Below are positions 28,735 through 39,205 of a DNA stretch of 64,000 nt, piece by piece. Every line of letters starts with the position of its first letter. Position 1 is the stretch's first letter. The notes under the pieces were generated by a model, which searched no databases, had not been told where the DNA came from, and saw only the letters and a list, made by a program, of their open reading frames with translations. Source of the DNA: an uncultured bacterium (GTDB taxonomy: Bacteria > Actinomycetota > Thermoleophilia > Solirubrobacterales > 70-9); the NCBI GenBank assembly GCA_963786495.1, contig CAWAZL010000011.1, forward strand, positions 21,216 to 85,215, read 5' to 3'. Made by a program: the position numbers and the translations under genes.

Positions 28735-30168
28735 CTATCCGGCGAACGTCGGGGCGACACGATCTGCCCAGGGCTCAGCGCGCTCGAGTTGGGCGGCGAC
28801 CTGGATCAGGAGGTCCTCGCGACCCTGCGCCGCAACGAGTTGAACGCCTACCGGCAGGCCATCTGCTTCGCCGAGCGGCAGCGAGATCGCGGGCTGGCCG
28901 GTGACGTTGAAGATCGCCGTGAATGCGCCTTCCGGAAGGGCCGCGTGAAACGCGTCCATGGGGTCGTCGCCCCCGTCGTCCCATGTGCCGAGCGGCTGCG
29001 GTGGGCGCGCCGTTGTGGGCGTGAGCAAAAGGTCGAAGCCGGAGAGGTACCACCCGGCGATCATCCTCGTGAGACCGTGATGGATGCCTAGGTCCATGAG
29101 ATACCGACCGGCACTCCGCTCCCGCCCAATCTCGGCGAGCGCCCACGTGAGAGGCTCGACATCGCCCTCGGCGATCTCGCGACCAAGCGCCATCGACAGC
29201 GTGTCGAGGGTGGCGGCCTGCCCGGCCGCCCATCTGGTCAAGAAGATGTCCTCGAGGTCAATCGAGCCCATCATCCCGGCCACCCCATCCGCGGGAGAGC
29301 TCTGCACAACCTCGTGGCCAAGCCCCTCGAGAAGCTTCGCCGTCTTCTCCATCGCGGCTACACACGCCGGATGGACTTCGATGTCAATCGCCGCGTTGGC
29401 GGAGAAGCCGATTCGAAGGTCCTTGGGATCGGCGTCGAGCTCTTCGGTGTAGGGACGCGTCTTCGGCGGCGCTGAGTAAGGGTCCCCCAGGACGCCGCCT
29501 TCAACCACCTCGAGGATCGCCGCGGTGTCGCGGACCGTTTTCGAAACGACGAGTTCCGCAACGAGCCCGGACAGGCTGTCCCCGATGAGGGGCCCTTCGG
29601 TGATCCTCTGGCGGGTCGGCTTGAGCCCGACCAGGCCATTTTGTGCGGCAGGTATGCGAATCGAGCCGCCACCGTCGTTCGCGTGCGCCATGGGCACCAT
29701 GCCCGACGCGACCGCCGCGGCAGCGCCTCCGCTCGAACCTCCCGCAGAGTGACCTGTGTTCCAGGGGTTCTTCGTCGCGCCGTAGGCGTCCGGCTCGGTT
29801 GTCGGCTGGATGCCGAGCTCTGGGACGTTGGTCTTGCCGATCGTGACCAGACCGGCGTCGCGAAAGCGCTGAGCCAAGAAGGAGTCCATGGGAGCGCGGA
29901 AGTCGGCGTCCTTCAAGACCTGCATTCCCAGGTGGAAGGGCTGCCCGGCAAAGGTTGCGCCGATGTCCTTCAGAAGGAAGGGAACGCCCTTGAAAGGGCC
30001 GTCTGGAAGCGAGTTTTGAGCCGCTGTCCGACCTTCCTCCGAGAGATCGTGGATGACCGCGTTGATCTCGGGATTCAGCTTCTCGATCCGCTCGATCGCG
30101 GCATCGACGAGCTCCAGAGGGCTCGCCTCGCCCGAGCGGACGAGCTCGGCCTGGGCGGTCGCGTCCAT
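28735..30168 (-). CDS. Amidase-signature family enzyme
   Basis: ORF 28735-30342. [12 protein letters not shown] and GGSIRIPAA motifs. Start set at ATG 30168 ([10 protein letters not shown]), 10 nt after the dapB stop. The upstream extension overlaps dapB. Confidence 0.8.
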   Translation of the reverse strand: MDATAQAELVRSGEASPLELVDAAIERIEKLNPEINAVIHDLSEEGRTAAQNSLPDGPFKGVPFLLKDIGATFAGQPFHLGMQVLKDADFRAPMDSFLAQRFRDAGLVTIGKTNVPELGIQPTTEPDAYGATKNPWNTGHSAGGSSGGAAAAVASGMVPMAHANDGGGSIRIPAAQNGLVGLKPTRQRITEGPLIGDSLSGLVAELVVSKTVRDTAAILEVVEGGVLGDPYSAPPKTRPYTEELDADPKDLRIGFSANAAIDIEVHPACVAAMEKTAKLLEGLGHEVVQSSPADGVAGMMGSIDLEDIFLTRWAAGQAATLDTLSMALGREIAEGDVEPLTWALAEIGRERSAGRYLMDLGIHHGLTRMIAGWYLSGFDLLLTPTTARPPQPLGTWDDGGDDPMDAFHAALPEGAFTAIFNVTGQPAISLPLGEADGLPVGVQLVAAQGREDLLIQVAAQLERAEPWADRVAPTFAG

Positions 30169-30178
30169 CCGGGCGAGG

Positions 30179-30853
30179 TCAGTCAAGGACGGCCTCCAAG
30201 CCAATCGTGTAGCGGTCGGGCAGCGAGCCGACGCCGCGCACCGCGAGGAGCACGCCGGGCATGAACGAGGTGCGGTCAATCGAGTCGTGGCGGATCGAGA
30301 GCGTCTGACCCTCCCCGCCGAGCACGACCTCTTGATGGGCAACGAGGCCCGGCAGGCGAATCGAATGGATCGGCTCGTGGACGTTCCCGCCGGCCTCGGC
30401 GATCATGTCGCGGGTCCGCGCGGCGGTCCCCGATGGAGCGTCAAGCTTCTTGTCGTGATGGAGCTCGATGATCTCGACCTCGGGCATGTGCTTCGAGGCC
30501 TCTGCGGCGAAGCGCATCGCAAGCACGGCGCCAATCGCGAAGTTTGGGACGATCAGGACGTTCGCCTCTCCCCCGCTCGCGGCATCGCGCATCTCGTCGT
30601 GAGGGATCGAGGAGGTGCCGACGACGATGTGGGTGCCGGCCCCGATGGCGGCGCGGATGTTCCCGGGCGCGGCGTCGGGAGTGGTGAAGTCGACGACCAC
30701 GTCGACATCTCCCAGCGCGTCGGCCAGCTCAACTCCCAGCTCGGGATCGATACGAGCGGCGAGCTCGAGGTCGTCCGCAGCCTCAACCGCTTCACAGGTC
30801 GTCGCCCCCATCCTGCCGGCGGCGCCGGCAACACCGACCCTGATCGCGCTCAC
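30179..30853 (-). CDS. dapB: 4-hydroxy-tetrahydrodipicolinate reductase
   Basis: 224-aa ORF. IRVGVAGAAGRMG Rossmann motif and ELHHDKKLDAPSGTA. Confidence 0.9.
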   Translation of the reverse strand: MSAIRVGVAGAAGRMGATTCEAVEAADDLELAARIDPELGVELADALGDVDVVVDFTTPDAAPGNIRAAIGAGTHIVVGTSSIPHDEMRDAASGGEANVLIVPNFAIGAVLAMRFAAEASKHMPEVEIIELHHDKKLDAPSGTAARTRDMIAEAGGNVHEPIHSIRLPGLVAHQEVVLGGEGQTLSIRHDSIDRTSFMPGVLLAVRGVGSLPDRYTIGLEAVLD

Positions 30854-31410
30854 GCTTCTTGCCTTTCCTCGGAACCGAGCCGCTCGAAATCGAAGGGGCC
30901 TGGATCTTGTCCGTATCGCGAACGAAACGTCTCGCGCATCTCTTCGATGTCCGTGCCGAACGTTGATTCGTGCCTCTCAGCCGAGTACTCAGCGATCAGC
31001 GCGAAACGGAAGACCACGGGGACCTCGCTCGCGCCGCCGCGAACATGCTGCCTCGAGATCGTGAAAACCGCGTCCACCGGTTCGTCGATCTCAAAAACAA
31101 ACTCCGTTTCGAGCGTTGCGCCCGGAAATGCATCGGTCCACTCCCGGATGAACTGCTGGTATGCGTCTCGACCGCGATAGACGCCCATACCTGGCACGTG
31201 CACGGGCCTCACGTCGTGAACGTGGTCTGGCGAAAGGAACATATGAACGTGCTGGTACTCGCCGCGGTTAAAGAGCGTCTCCATCGCCGACGCCCGCTCA
31301 CCCAGCGAATACTCCTCGACGAGGTCGGTCGTGTCGTCCTCTCGCGCGACCGCGTCCATTACGGCTGAAATCAACCTATCGATCCGTTCGTCGTCGAACC
31401 ACGACGTCAC
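30850..31410 (-). CDS. SnoaL/NTF2-like small protein (copy 5)
   Basis: ORF 30850-31455. GTG 31410 overlaps the peptidase stop (GTGA). ...VYRGRDAYQQFIREWTDAF..., ...FTISRQHVRGGASEVPVVFRFALI. ATGA-type overlap with dapB. Confidence 0.45.
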   Translation of the reverse strand: MTSWFDDERIDRLISAVMDAVAREDDTTDLVEEYSLGERASAMETLFNRGEYQHVHMFLSPDHVHDVRPVHVPGMGVYRGRDAYQQFIREWTDAFPGATLETEFVFEIDEPVDAVFTISRQHVRGGASEVPVVFRFALIAEYSAERHESTFGTDIEEMRETFRSRYGQDPGPFDFERLGSEERQEA

Positions 31411-32690
31411 GCCGCAAGCGCCTCCGAAACGGATCCGACCGCGCTCGTGAAGCACTCCTCGTTCTTGCCGATGCAGGCGGCGCTGAAGCCGTTCGGGTCG
31501 TAAAGCTCGGTGGCCAGCTCGGCCACATCGTCTTCTGACACGGCATCCACGCGGGAGATCATCTCATCGAGGGACAGCATCTCCAGGTCGAAGAGGGTCG
31601 CCCGAGAGACTCGCGCCATGCGGGCAGCCGTGGACTCCATGCCCAGGACCATGCGGCCCTTGACGTGCTCCTTGGCGCGGTCCAGCTCTTCTCCCGTGAC
31701 GCCCTCGTCGCGTAGCGTCGCCAGCTCGCGTCCGATGATCTCGCACGCCTCCGCAACGTTGTCCTCCCGAGTGCCTACGTAGGTCGCGACCGAGCCGCGG
31801 TCGAGGTACTGCTCGGCGTAAGAGCCGACGGCATAGGCGAGGCCGCGCTTCTCGCGCACCTCGCGGAAGAGCCTGGAAGAGACCGAGCCGCCGAAGGCGG
31901 AGTCGATCACGGCGAGGGCGTAGCGGCGCTCATCGTTTCGGGCGATGCCCGGGGCCCCGAAGCAGATGTGGTACTGCTCGGTGTCCTTGGCGTTGAAGCG
32001 GACGCGTGGCTCGCGCTTGGGCGCGCCGCCGTTGACAGCGGGCACGCCACCCTCGGGCGCCTCAACGAAGCGCTCGGTAAGGGCGACGATCTCATCGTGG
32101 TCCAGATGGCCGGCAGCGCCGACGACCAGGCTGTCCGCGACATAGCGGCTGCGGTGATAGTCGGCGATCTTCGGCACGGGTGTGCCGGCAATCACCCCGG
32201 CCTCGCCGAGGACCCGGCGACCGAGCGGATGATCGCCGTAGACGGCCTGGGCGAGGAAGTCGTGCACGCGGTCCGAGGGCTCGTCCTCGTACATCGCGAT
32301 CTCCTCCAGCACCACTTCGCGCTCGGAGTCGATGTCGGGAAAAGTCGGGCCGAGCATCATCTCGGCCATCAGGTCGAACGCGTCCTCGGTGTGCTCGTCG
32401 AGAAAGCGGGCGTGGATGTGCGTGGATTCCTTGGAGGTCGCGGCGTTGGCCGAGGCCCCCATGCCGTCCATCTTCTCGGAGATCTCGATTGCCGAGAAAC
32501 GTTCGGTGCCCTTGAAGAGCAGGTGCTCCAGGAAGTGCGAGAGCCCTTCCTGTCCTTCACGCTCGTCGCGGGAGCCGGTCCGGACCCAAAGCCCGAGGGC
32601 GACGGATCGGACCGAGGGGACAACCTCGGTCACGACCCGTACACCGCTCGGAAGCGTTGTGAGCTGGACGTTCTCCGGGAGGGCAGTCAA
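31407..32690 (-). CDS. M16 (pitrilysin/insulinase) family zinc peptidase
   Basis: ORF 31407-32828. HxxEH motif HFLEHLLFKG. Start set at TTG 32690 (LTALPENVQLTTLPSGVRVV), 20 nt after the pnp stop. The Ala/Val-rich upstream extension lies antisense-frame in the pnp tail. Confidence 0.85.
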   Translation of the reverse strand: MTALPENVQLTTLPSGVRVVTEVVPSVRSVALGLWVRTGSRDEREGQEGLSHFLEHLLFKGTERFSAIEISEKMDGMGASANAATSKESTHIHARFLDEHTEDAFDLMAEMMLGPTFPDIDSEREVVLEEIAMYEDEPSDRVHDFLAQAVYGDHPLGRRVLGEAGVIAGTPVPKIADYHRSRYVADSLVVGAAGHLDHDEIVALTERFVEAPEGGVPAVNGGAPKREPRVRFNAKDTEQYHICFGAPGIARNDERRYALAVIDSAFGGSVSSRLFREVREKRGLAYAVGSYAEQYLDRGSVATYVGTREDNVAEACEIIGRELATLRDEGVTGEELDRAKEHVKGRMVLGMESTAARMARVSRATLFDLEMLSLDEMISRVDAVSEDDVAELATELYDPNGFSAACIGKNEECFTSAVGSVSEALAA

Positions 32691-32709
32691 CGGTGCGTTT
32701 TGGAACGCC

Positions 32710-34986
32710 TTAGAGGCGTTCCCTGCCGCCTTCGCGGCCGCCGCGATCACGACCGCCGCCGCCACTTCTGCCGCCGCGATCACGACCGCCGTCACGGCCA
32801 CCACGGCCGCCGCGGTCACGATTGCCACCGCCGCCGCCGCCGCCGCCTGAGCTGGCGCCAGCGGCTGCGATCTCTTCCGGCGACTTGCCGGCGACGGAGG
32901 GGTCCTCAGAGAGCCTCAAGCCGATCCGTCCGCGCTCGCGGTCGACCTCGAACACGGTCACGTCGATCTCGTCACCTTGCGAGAGGACGTCCTCGACGGT
33001 GTCGACCCGCTCGCCCGGCTTCACGTTCGAGATGTGAAGCAGACCGTCGGTGCCCTTGACGAGCTCGACGAACGCGCCGAAGGTCGTGGTCTTGACGACC
33101 TTTCCCTTGAACGTGTCGCCGATCTTCGCGTCGCGCGTCATCGCCTCAATGCGGGCGATACAAGCGTCGACCTGGGCACCGGTGGGTGCGTAGACGCGGA
33201 TCGAGCCATCGTCGTCGATGTCGATCTCGGCCTCGAACTCCTCCTGCATGCCGCGGATGGTCTCGCCGCCCTTACCGATGACCGCACCGATCTTCTCGGT
33301 GTCGATCTGGATCGTCTCGATGCGCGGCGCGTGCTCGGACATCTGCTCGCGCGGGCCATCAATCGCCTCGGCCATCTTGCCGAGGATGAACAGGCGGCCC
33401 TGTCGAGCCTGCTCGAGCGCGTCGCGCAGGATGTCAAAGGTGACGCCCGTGATCTTGATGTCCATCTGAAGGGCGGTGATGCCGTCCTTCGAGCCGGCGA
33501 CCTTGAAGTCCATATCGCCGAGGTGGTCCTCGACGCCGGCGATGTCGGTGAGGACGATGTAGTCGTCGCCTTCCTTGATGAGGCCCATCGCGACTCCCGC
33601 GACGGGTGCCTCAACCGGGACGCCGGCGGCCTGGAGGGCCATCGACGAGGCGCAGACGGAGCCCATGGAGGACGAGCCGTTCGACTCGAGCGTCTCAGAG
33701 ACGACACGCACGACGTAGGGGAACTCCTCCTCGCCTGGGATGGTCGGCGAAAGCGCCCGCTCGGCGAGCGCTCCGTGGCCGATGTCGCGACGCTTCGGGC
33801 CGCGCATGAAGCCGGCCTCGCCCACCGAGAACGGCGGGAAGTTGTAGTGGTGGAAGAAGGTCTTCTTCTCCTGGAGACCCAGGTTGTCGACCTTCATGTC
33901 CATCCGGGTCGTGCCCAGGGCCACGTTGGAGAGGATCTGGGTCTCGCCACGGGTAAAGAGCGCCGAGCCGTGCACGCGAGGTGCGATGTCGACCTCGGTC
34001 TCGATCGGACGGATCTCGTCCTGAGCGCGACCGTCGGGGCGCTTCTTGTCGACCGCGATGTGGCGGCGGATCATGTCCTTCTCCACCTTCGCGAAGGCCT
34101 TGGCGACCTCGGCGCGGTTGTCGTCCTCGCCTTCGCCCTCGCCGTAGGTCCCGAGGACGTCCTCTTCGACAGCCTTGATGGCGTCCTGGCGGGCGAGTTT
34201 CTCGGGGACCTGCGTGGCCTCCTCGAGCTTCGAGCCGTGCGAGTCCTTGATCTTTGAGATCAGGCCCTCGTCGACGACCGGGATCTCGATCTCGCGCTTC
34301 GGCTTGCCGGCCTTCTGGGCCAGCTCGTCGAACGCGGCGCAGAGCTTCTTGATCTCGGCGTGCGCGATGTCGAGCGCGTCGAGAACCTCAGCCTCGGTCA
34401 CGTAGTCGGCGCCGCACTCGACCATCAGGATGGCCTCGTCGGTACCGGAGACAACGAGGTCCATTTCCAGGTCCTCCCAGGTCTCCTCGCCGGGGTTGAT
34501 GACGAAGTCGCCATCGAGCTTGCCGACGCGGACGGCGCCGACGTGCTTGGGAAGCGGGATGTCCGACACCGCGATCGCGGCGGAAGAGCCGTTCATCGCG
34601 AGGATGTCGTATGGGTGATCGTGCTCGGCAGACATCGTCTGGCAGACGAGCTGGGTCTCGAAGTGCCAGCCCTTGGGGAAGAGCGGGCGGACCGGGCGGT
34701 CGATCATGCGCGCGGTCAGGGTTGCTTTCTCACCGGCGCGAGCTTCGCGGCGGAAGAAGGAGCCGGGGATCTTGCCCACGGCGTAGTGGCGTTCCTCGAC
34801 ATCTACCGTGAGCGGCAGGAAGTCGACGTCGCGAAGATTTCCAACGGTCGCGGTGGCTAGGACCATCGTGTCCCCCGAGCTCACAACGACTGCACCCGAC
34901 GCCTGTCGCGCCAGCTTTCCGGTCTCGAAGGAGATCTCGCTTTCGCCGATCTGAACCGAGACGCGGTTCACGTCAAACATGGTCAT
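32710..34986 (-). CDS. pnp: Polyribonucleotide nucleotidyltransferase (PNPase) with a C-terminal Gly/Arg-rich tail
   Basis: 758-aa intact ORF. Two RNase PH domains, KH (VIGKGGETIRGMQEE), S1 (GDTFKGKVVKTTTFGAFVEL), and tail GGGGGGGGNRDRGGRGGRDGGRDRGGRSGGGGRDRGGREGGRERL. Confidence 0.95.
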   Translation of the reverse strand: MTMFDVNRVSVQIGESEISFETGKLARQASGAVVVSSGDTMVLATATVGNLRDVDFLPLTVDVEERHYAVGKIPGSFFRREARAGEKATLTARMIDRPVRPLFPKGWHFETQLVCQTMSAEHDHPYDILAMNGSSAAIAVSDIPLPKHVGAVRVGKLDGDFVINPGEETWEDLEMDLVVSGTDEAILMVECGADYVTEAEVLDALDIAHAEIKKLCAAFDELAQKAGKPKREIEIPVVDEGLISKIKDSHGSKLEEATQVPEKLARQDAIKAVEEDVLGTYGEGEGEDDNRAEVAKAFAKVEKDMIRRHIAVDKKRPDGRAQDEIRPIETEVDIAPRVHGSALFTRGETQILSNVALGTTRMDMKVDNLGLQEKKTFFHHYNFPPFSVGEAGFMRGPKRRDIGHGALAERALSPTIPGEEEFPYVVRVVSETLESNGSSSMGSVCASSMALQAAGVPVEAPVAGVAMGLIKEGDDYIVLTDIAGVEDHLGDMDFKVAGSKDGITALQMDIKITGVTFDILRDALEQARQGRLFILGKMAEAIDGPREQMSEHAPRIETIQIDTEKIGAVIGKGGETIRGMQEEFEAEIDIDDDGSIRVYAPTGAQVDACIARIEAMTRDAKIGDTFKGKVVKTTTFGAFVELVKGTDGLLHISNVKPGERVDTVEDVLSQGDEIDVTVFEVDRERGRIGLRLSEDPSVAGKSPEEIAAAGASSGGGGGGGGNRDRGGRGGRDGGRDRGGRSGGGGRDRGGREGGRERL

Positions 34987-35152
34987 GTATTCGTGTTTTC
35001 CTTTCGGCTGCCCGGTTGGCAGCTCGTTAGCTTCGATCTTTTGATCGCGGCTTAGGGTACAAGGGCGCTGCTAATCGCCGAAGCGGCCTGGGTGGTCGTT
35101 TCACCCATATGGGGGGTTGCCTCGGTGCTTCTGATTCGCGATAGTTCCCGGC

Positions 35153-35980
35153 ATGCGAGGGCTGATCGGAGCTGCGGGGTGCGTAATGGCGCTGCTTGCG
35201 CTTGCCGTGCCTGCGCCTGCTGCGGTCGAGTCTGCAGGCGGCTTCAAGTACGTGAGCAAAGAGGGCAGGGTCAAAGCTGAGAAGTCGAAGACCGTGAAGG
35301 CCCCCTGCCCCGGCAACACCCAGGTGTGGTGGGGCGGCGCATCTTCCTCCGCGTTCTTCGGCGAGGCATCGATCAACGGGATCCCCTACGACGGTTCCGA
35401 CGCGGGATCGCAGCCCGACGACGGTTGGAAGTCCACCGTGCGAAGCACGGCAGACCGAAAGCTCACGATGACTGCACGGGCGGTCTGCACGAAACGGCTG
35501 AACCCCGTTTACAAGGATCAGCGCAAGAAAGCCGCCCCAAACGCGCTCACCTCCTATAGCGTCGGGTGTGGCGGCGACCGGATGCCCGTGGGCGGCGGGC
35601 TGGCCGGCGATGTCGCCCTCAACTCGACCTTCCCCATCTCCGGAAACGCCTGGCTGACATTCGCCGACAACCGCACTGCTAAGGCCACGCCTGTCACGGC
35701 GTACGCAGTGTGCGTCGAGCCGTCGCTCGCCCTGAGTGTCAAGACCTTCCCGTCCCCGGCGCCGGCGTCGCCCGGACACGGCGGCGGCGCGTCCCAGCCC
35801 TGCGATCCCGGCGACGTAGGCACAGGCGGTGGGAACTCGAACAGCGGCGGCTCCGGGACGATCGTCGTGACGTCGATGATCGCCGGGCCCGACCTTGGCG
35901 CCTCAGTCCTCTTCGACAACCGTGGGGCCAGCAGCGAGAGCTACACGACCTACACGGTCTGCTTCGACCCTTCGATCTAG
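35153..35980 (+). CDS. Secreted protein of unknown function with three Cys-bounded repeat modules
   Basis: 275-aa ORF. Signal peptide ([15 protein letters not shown]). Three modules run C-x-G...GG(G)...A/T-x-x-V-C: [13 protein letters not shown]...[19 protein letters not shown]...[19 protein letters not shown]...TTYTVC. Confidence 0.55.
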   Translation: MRGLIGAAGCVMALLALAVPAPAAVESAGGFKYVSKEGRVKAEKSKTVKAPCPGNTQVWWGGASSSAFFGEASINGIPYDGSDAGSQPDDGWKSTVRSTADRKLTMTARAVCTKRLNPVYKDQRKKAAPNALTSYSVGCGGDRMPVGGGLAGDVALNSTFPISGNAWLTFADNRTAKATPVTAYAVCVEPSLALSVKTFPSPAPASPGHGGGASQPCDPGDVGTGGGNSNSGGSGTIVVTSMIAGPDLGASVLFDNRGASSESYTTYTVCFDPSI

Positions 35981-36246
35981 CGGCGCAGGCCGAGGTCGGC
36001 CACTACCTGGCGGTAGCGGTCGAGGTCCGAGCTCTGGAGGTAACGCAGAAGGCGGCGGCGCTGGCCGACCAGCATGAGCAGGCCGCGGCGCGAGTGGTGG
36101 TCCTTCGAGTGCGTGCGCAGGTGCTCAGTGAGCGCGTTGACGCGCTCGGTAAGGATCGCGATCTGAACTTCGGCCGAGCCCGTGTCGTTCTCGGTGCGAC
36201 CAAAGCGCTCGATCAGTTCCTTCTTCTTTTCCTGCGTGACGCTCAT
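35977..36246 (-). CDS. rpsO: 30S ribosomal protein S15
   Basis: 89 aa from ATG 36246: [57 protein letters not shown]... The longer ORF-track start (36552) overlaps ribF. Confidence 0.95.
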   Translation of the reverse strand: MSVTQEKKKELIERFGRTENDTGSAEVQIAILTERVNALTEHLRTHSKDHHSRRGLLMLVGQRRRLLRYLQSSDLDRYRQVVADLGLRR

Positions 36247-36263
36247 GCGGCCCGGAAGGTTAG

Positions 36264-37163
36264 CTAGGCGCGGCTCTTCGGCCCGCGAAAGCTCGCGCAG
36301 AGCTCGCGCGCCTCTTCCACATCCCGCTTCATCTGCGCGATCAGGTCCTCGACCGAAGGGAAGCGCTTTTCGCCGCGGAGACGCGCAATGAAGGCGACCC
36401 TGAGCGTCTTGCCGTAGAGGTCGCCCTCGTAATCGATCAGATGCGGCTCGACCAGGACCCCGCGCCCCGTCTCGAACATCGGCCGCACCCCGACGTGGAT
36501 CGCTGCCGGATGCCCGTCGGCGAAGCCCGCGTAGACGCCGTGGCCCGGGCACACCAGATCGTCGTCGGGGACGATGTTGGCCGTCGGGAAGCCCAGCTCG
36601 CGGCCGCGCTTGTCGCCTTCAACCACCTCGCCTTCGAGCAGGAACGGCGCGCCCAGGCCGTGCATGGCTAGCTCGACATCCCCCGCGGTTACCAGCGCGC
36701 GGATGCGCGTTGACGAGATCGTCTCCCCGTCTGCCTCGACCAGAGGGACGATCCTGGTCTCGAACTCATCGCGCTCGGAGAGCATCTCGGGGGTGCCCAT
36801 CGCCTTGGCGCCGAATCGGAAGTTCTCGCCGATCGAGACCTGCGTAGCGCCGAGCTTGGCGATCAGGATGTCGTCGATGAACTCCTCTGCGCTCTTTTGC
36901 GAGAACTCCTTGTCGAACGGAATCACGACCAACTCGTCAACACCCAAGCCTCCGATCACGTCACGCTTTGCCTCGAACCCCATGATCAGCTTGGGGGCGG
37001 CCTCTGGGTGGATGATCTTCACGGGGTGGGGCTCGAACGTGAGAACGGTGTCAGAGCCCTCGATCACCTTGCGATGGCCCACGTGAACACCGTCGAAGGT
37101 GCCGATCGCGACCTGGCGAGGCCGGGGCTGGGCGTCGGGGAGCTTCGTCACGTCCATGGTCAT
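36264..37163 (-). CDS. ribF: Bifunctional riboflavin kinase / FMN adenylyltransferase
   Basis: 299-aa [15 protein letters not shown] and GFPTANI motifs. ATGA overlap with the truB stop. Confidence 0.9.
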   Translation of the reverse strand: MTMDVTKLPDAQPRPRQVAIGTFDGVHVGHRKVIEGSDTVLTFEPHPVKIIHPEAAPKLIMGFEAKRDVIGGLGVDELVVIPFDKEFSQKSAEEFIDDILIAKLGATQVSIGENFRFGAKAMGTPEMLSERDEFETRIVPLVEADGETISSTRIRALVTAGDVELAMHGLGAPFLLEGEVVEGDKRGRELGFPTANIVPDDDLVCPGHGVYAGFADGHPAAIHVGVRPMFETGRGVLVEPHLIDYEGDLYGKTLRVAFIARLRGEKRFPSVEDLIAQMKRDVEEARELCASFRGPKSRA

Positions 37164-37841
37164 TCGGCCCGTACTTTCGCAGCCTCGAATGCATCGGCGC
37201 GCGCAAGCGCGTCGGCCAGGGCGATCGGTTGCGCTCCGGCCGCCTCATCGACCGTGAACGGGCCGATCGCCGTGCGCCTGAGCTCCTCGCAATAGGCGTC
37301 GCCCAGGTCGGCGATCAGGCTTCGCACGTAGGTGCCCGACGAGCACTCGATCTCGTACTCGGCCGTCTCGCCCTCGCGGCTCAGCTCCTCGAAGCGGTGG
37401 ACGCTGACGATCCGCTCCGGCATCTCCACCTCCTCGCCGCGGCGCGCTCGCTTGTACGCGCGCTCGCCGCCGACCTTGACGGCCGAGTAGGCGGGCGGGA
37501 CGCTGGCGGATCTCGCCCGTCGGCAGCTCTGCATTCGGTGGCGGGACCTTTCCCGTGTGCGTGATCTCGCCGTCGCGGTCGCCCGTGGTCGACACGGCGC
37601 CGAAGCGGGCCGTGACGCGGTAGGTCTTTCGCAGCGACATGAAGCGGGCCTGCTCGCGCGTCGCCTCCCGCCCGACGAGGACGATCAGGAGGCCGGTTGC
37701 GAACGGGTCGAGCGTGCCTGCGTGTCCGACGCGCTTCACGCCGTGCTCGCGGCGGGCGCGGGCGACGATGTCATGCGAGGTCGGGCCGGACGGCTTGTCG
37801 ACGAGCACCACGAGCCCCGTGCCCGACAAGTCGTCAGTCAA
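37160..37841 (-). CDS. truB: tRNA pseudouridine-55 synthase, frame broken near 37500
   Basis: N-terminal part in ORF 37245-37841 (LVVLVDKPSGPTSHDIV, GHAGTLDPFATGLL). C-terminal part in ORF 37160-37534 (PPAYSAVKVGGERAYKRAR..., CSSGTYVRSL). Confidence 0.85.
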
Positions 37842-38834
37842 GCTGCTTGGCGACCTCGGCCCGGACGAACTCGACGATCTCCGGGTAGGGCATGTCGGTG
37901 CCGAATCCGGCGGCGCGCTTGTGCCCTCCCCCGCCCTGCTCGCGGGCGATGATCGAGACGTCGACGGCGCCGTCGGAAGAGCGCAGGCTCACCTTGCGGG
38001 CGACCGGCCGCCGTCTGGCTTGTCGCGGATGACGCCGGCGACGAGCGTGCCCTCGAGCGCGCGGACGTTGTCGATGATGCCCTCGGTGAGGTGCTCGGAC
38101 GCGCCGGTGGCCTCGTAGTCGGCCTTTGAGACGTAGGTAAGCGCGAGGCGGTCGGAGTCGAAGCGGTCGATGTTCTCGATCGCGCGGCCGACAAGCTTCG
38201 CCTTCTCGATCGGCACCCGCTCGTATAGGCGCCGGTAGATGTCGTCGACGTTCACGCCGGCCTCGATCAGCTCGGCGGCCATGCGGTGCGAGTCCGGGTC
38301 CGTGTTCTCGTACATGAACTTGCCCGTGTCGGTGATGAGGCCGACGTAGAGCGCGGTTGCGATCTCCTCCGTCAGCTCGGCGCCGACGACCTTCGCCAGG
38401 CGCCAGATGATCTCGGCGGTGGATGAGGCGTCCATGTCGACGTGGTTGATCCCGCCGAACATCGTGTTGTCGTGGTGGTGGTCGAGGTTGATGATGTCGG
38501 TGCCCTCGCGCTGGAGGAAGTCGACCGGCATGCGGTCGATGTTCCCGCAGTCGAGAAAGAGCAGCGTGCGGTCCTCGACGTCGGCCGGCGCCTCATGGAA
38601 GACGTCGGTGAGGGGCAGGAAGCGGTACTCCAGCGGAAGCGGGAACTCCTTGGCGTCGAGGAACATCACCGAGTCCTTGCCGAGCTGGCTGAGGATCCGG
38701 TGAGTGGCGAGGAGCGAGCCCAGCGCGTCACCGTCCGGCCCTTCGTGCGTGGTCAGGAGGAAGCGGTCGCGCTCGGCGATTGCCGCGGCGACGGTTTCGA
38801 GGTCGGTGCTGGTTTTCTTGGCCTGAGCACTCAT
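37834..38834 (-). CDS. nrnA: DHH-family phosphoesterase (NrnA-like oligoribonuclease/pAp phosphatase), frame broken near 38015
   Basis: ORF 37989-38834 has HEGPDGDALGS and DHHHDN. Shifting one base gives the expected end ...RKVSLRSSDGAVDVSIIAREQGGGGHKRAAGF...AKQLD, with a stop at 37834-37836. Confidence 0.75.
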
Positions 38835-39162
38835 TCGTTGAGAAGCCTCTGGATGCGCTCGCCCTGCTCTGGCGTTCGTCGTAGTGGAACGTGAGCGTCG
38901 GCGTGCGCTTCATGTGCGTCTGGGACGCGATCGCCGACTGCAGCACGCCATGCGCGGAGGACAGCGCTTTGAGCGTCGAGTCCTTCTCGTCCTCCGATCC
39001 GAGCACGGAAACGAACACTCTCGCGGAGCGCAGGTCAGGGCTGGTCTCAACGGCGGTAATGGTCACGAAGCCGATCCTTGGATCCTCGAGCTCGGTCGAG
39101 ATCGACTCTCCGAGCACCTCGCGAATCACGCCGTTGACACGTCTCATCCGGTCCGTGGCCAT
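38831..39162 (-). CDS. rbfA: Ribosome-binding factor A, frame broken near 38880
   Basis: From ATG 39162: MATDRMRRVNGVIREVLGESI...VTITAVETSPDLRSARVFVSVLG...TPTLTFHYDE. A 1-nt shift restores ...TPEQGERIQRLLNE, with TGA overlapping the nrnA ATG (ATGA). Confidence 0.8.
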
Positions 39163-39205
39163 GGCCGGCTGAGCATATAGACGGGCGCCCGCGCTCCTGG
39201 CCCGC

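Noticed and set aside
30169-30342. N-terminal extension of the amidase ORF overlapping dapB
   Set aside because: It is Cys/Arg-rich nonsense overlapping a conserved gene, and ATG 30168 lies 10 nt after the dapB stop.
35027-35779. 250-aa minus-strand ORF opposite the secreted three-module protein
   Set aside because: Its translation is Arg/Gly-rich with poor third-position bias. The plus-strand ORF has a signal peptide, repeat logic and better GC3.
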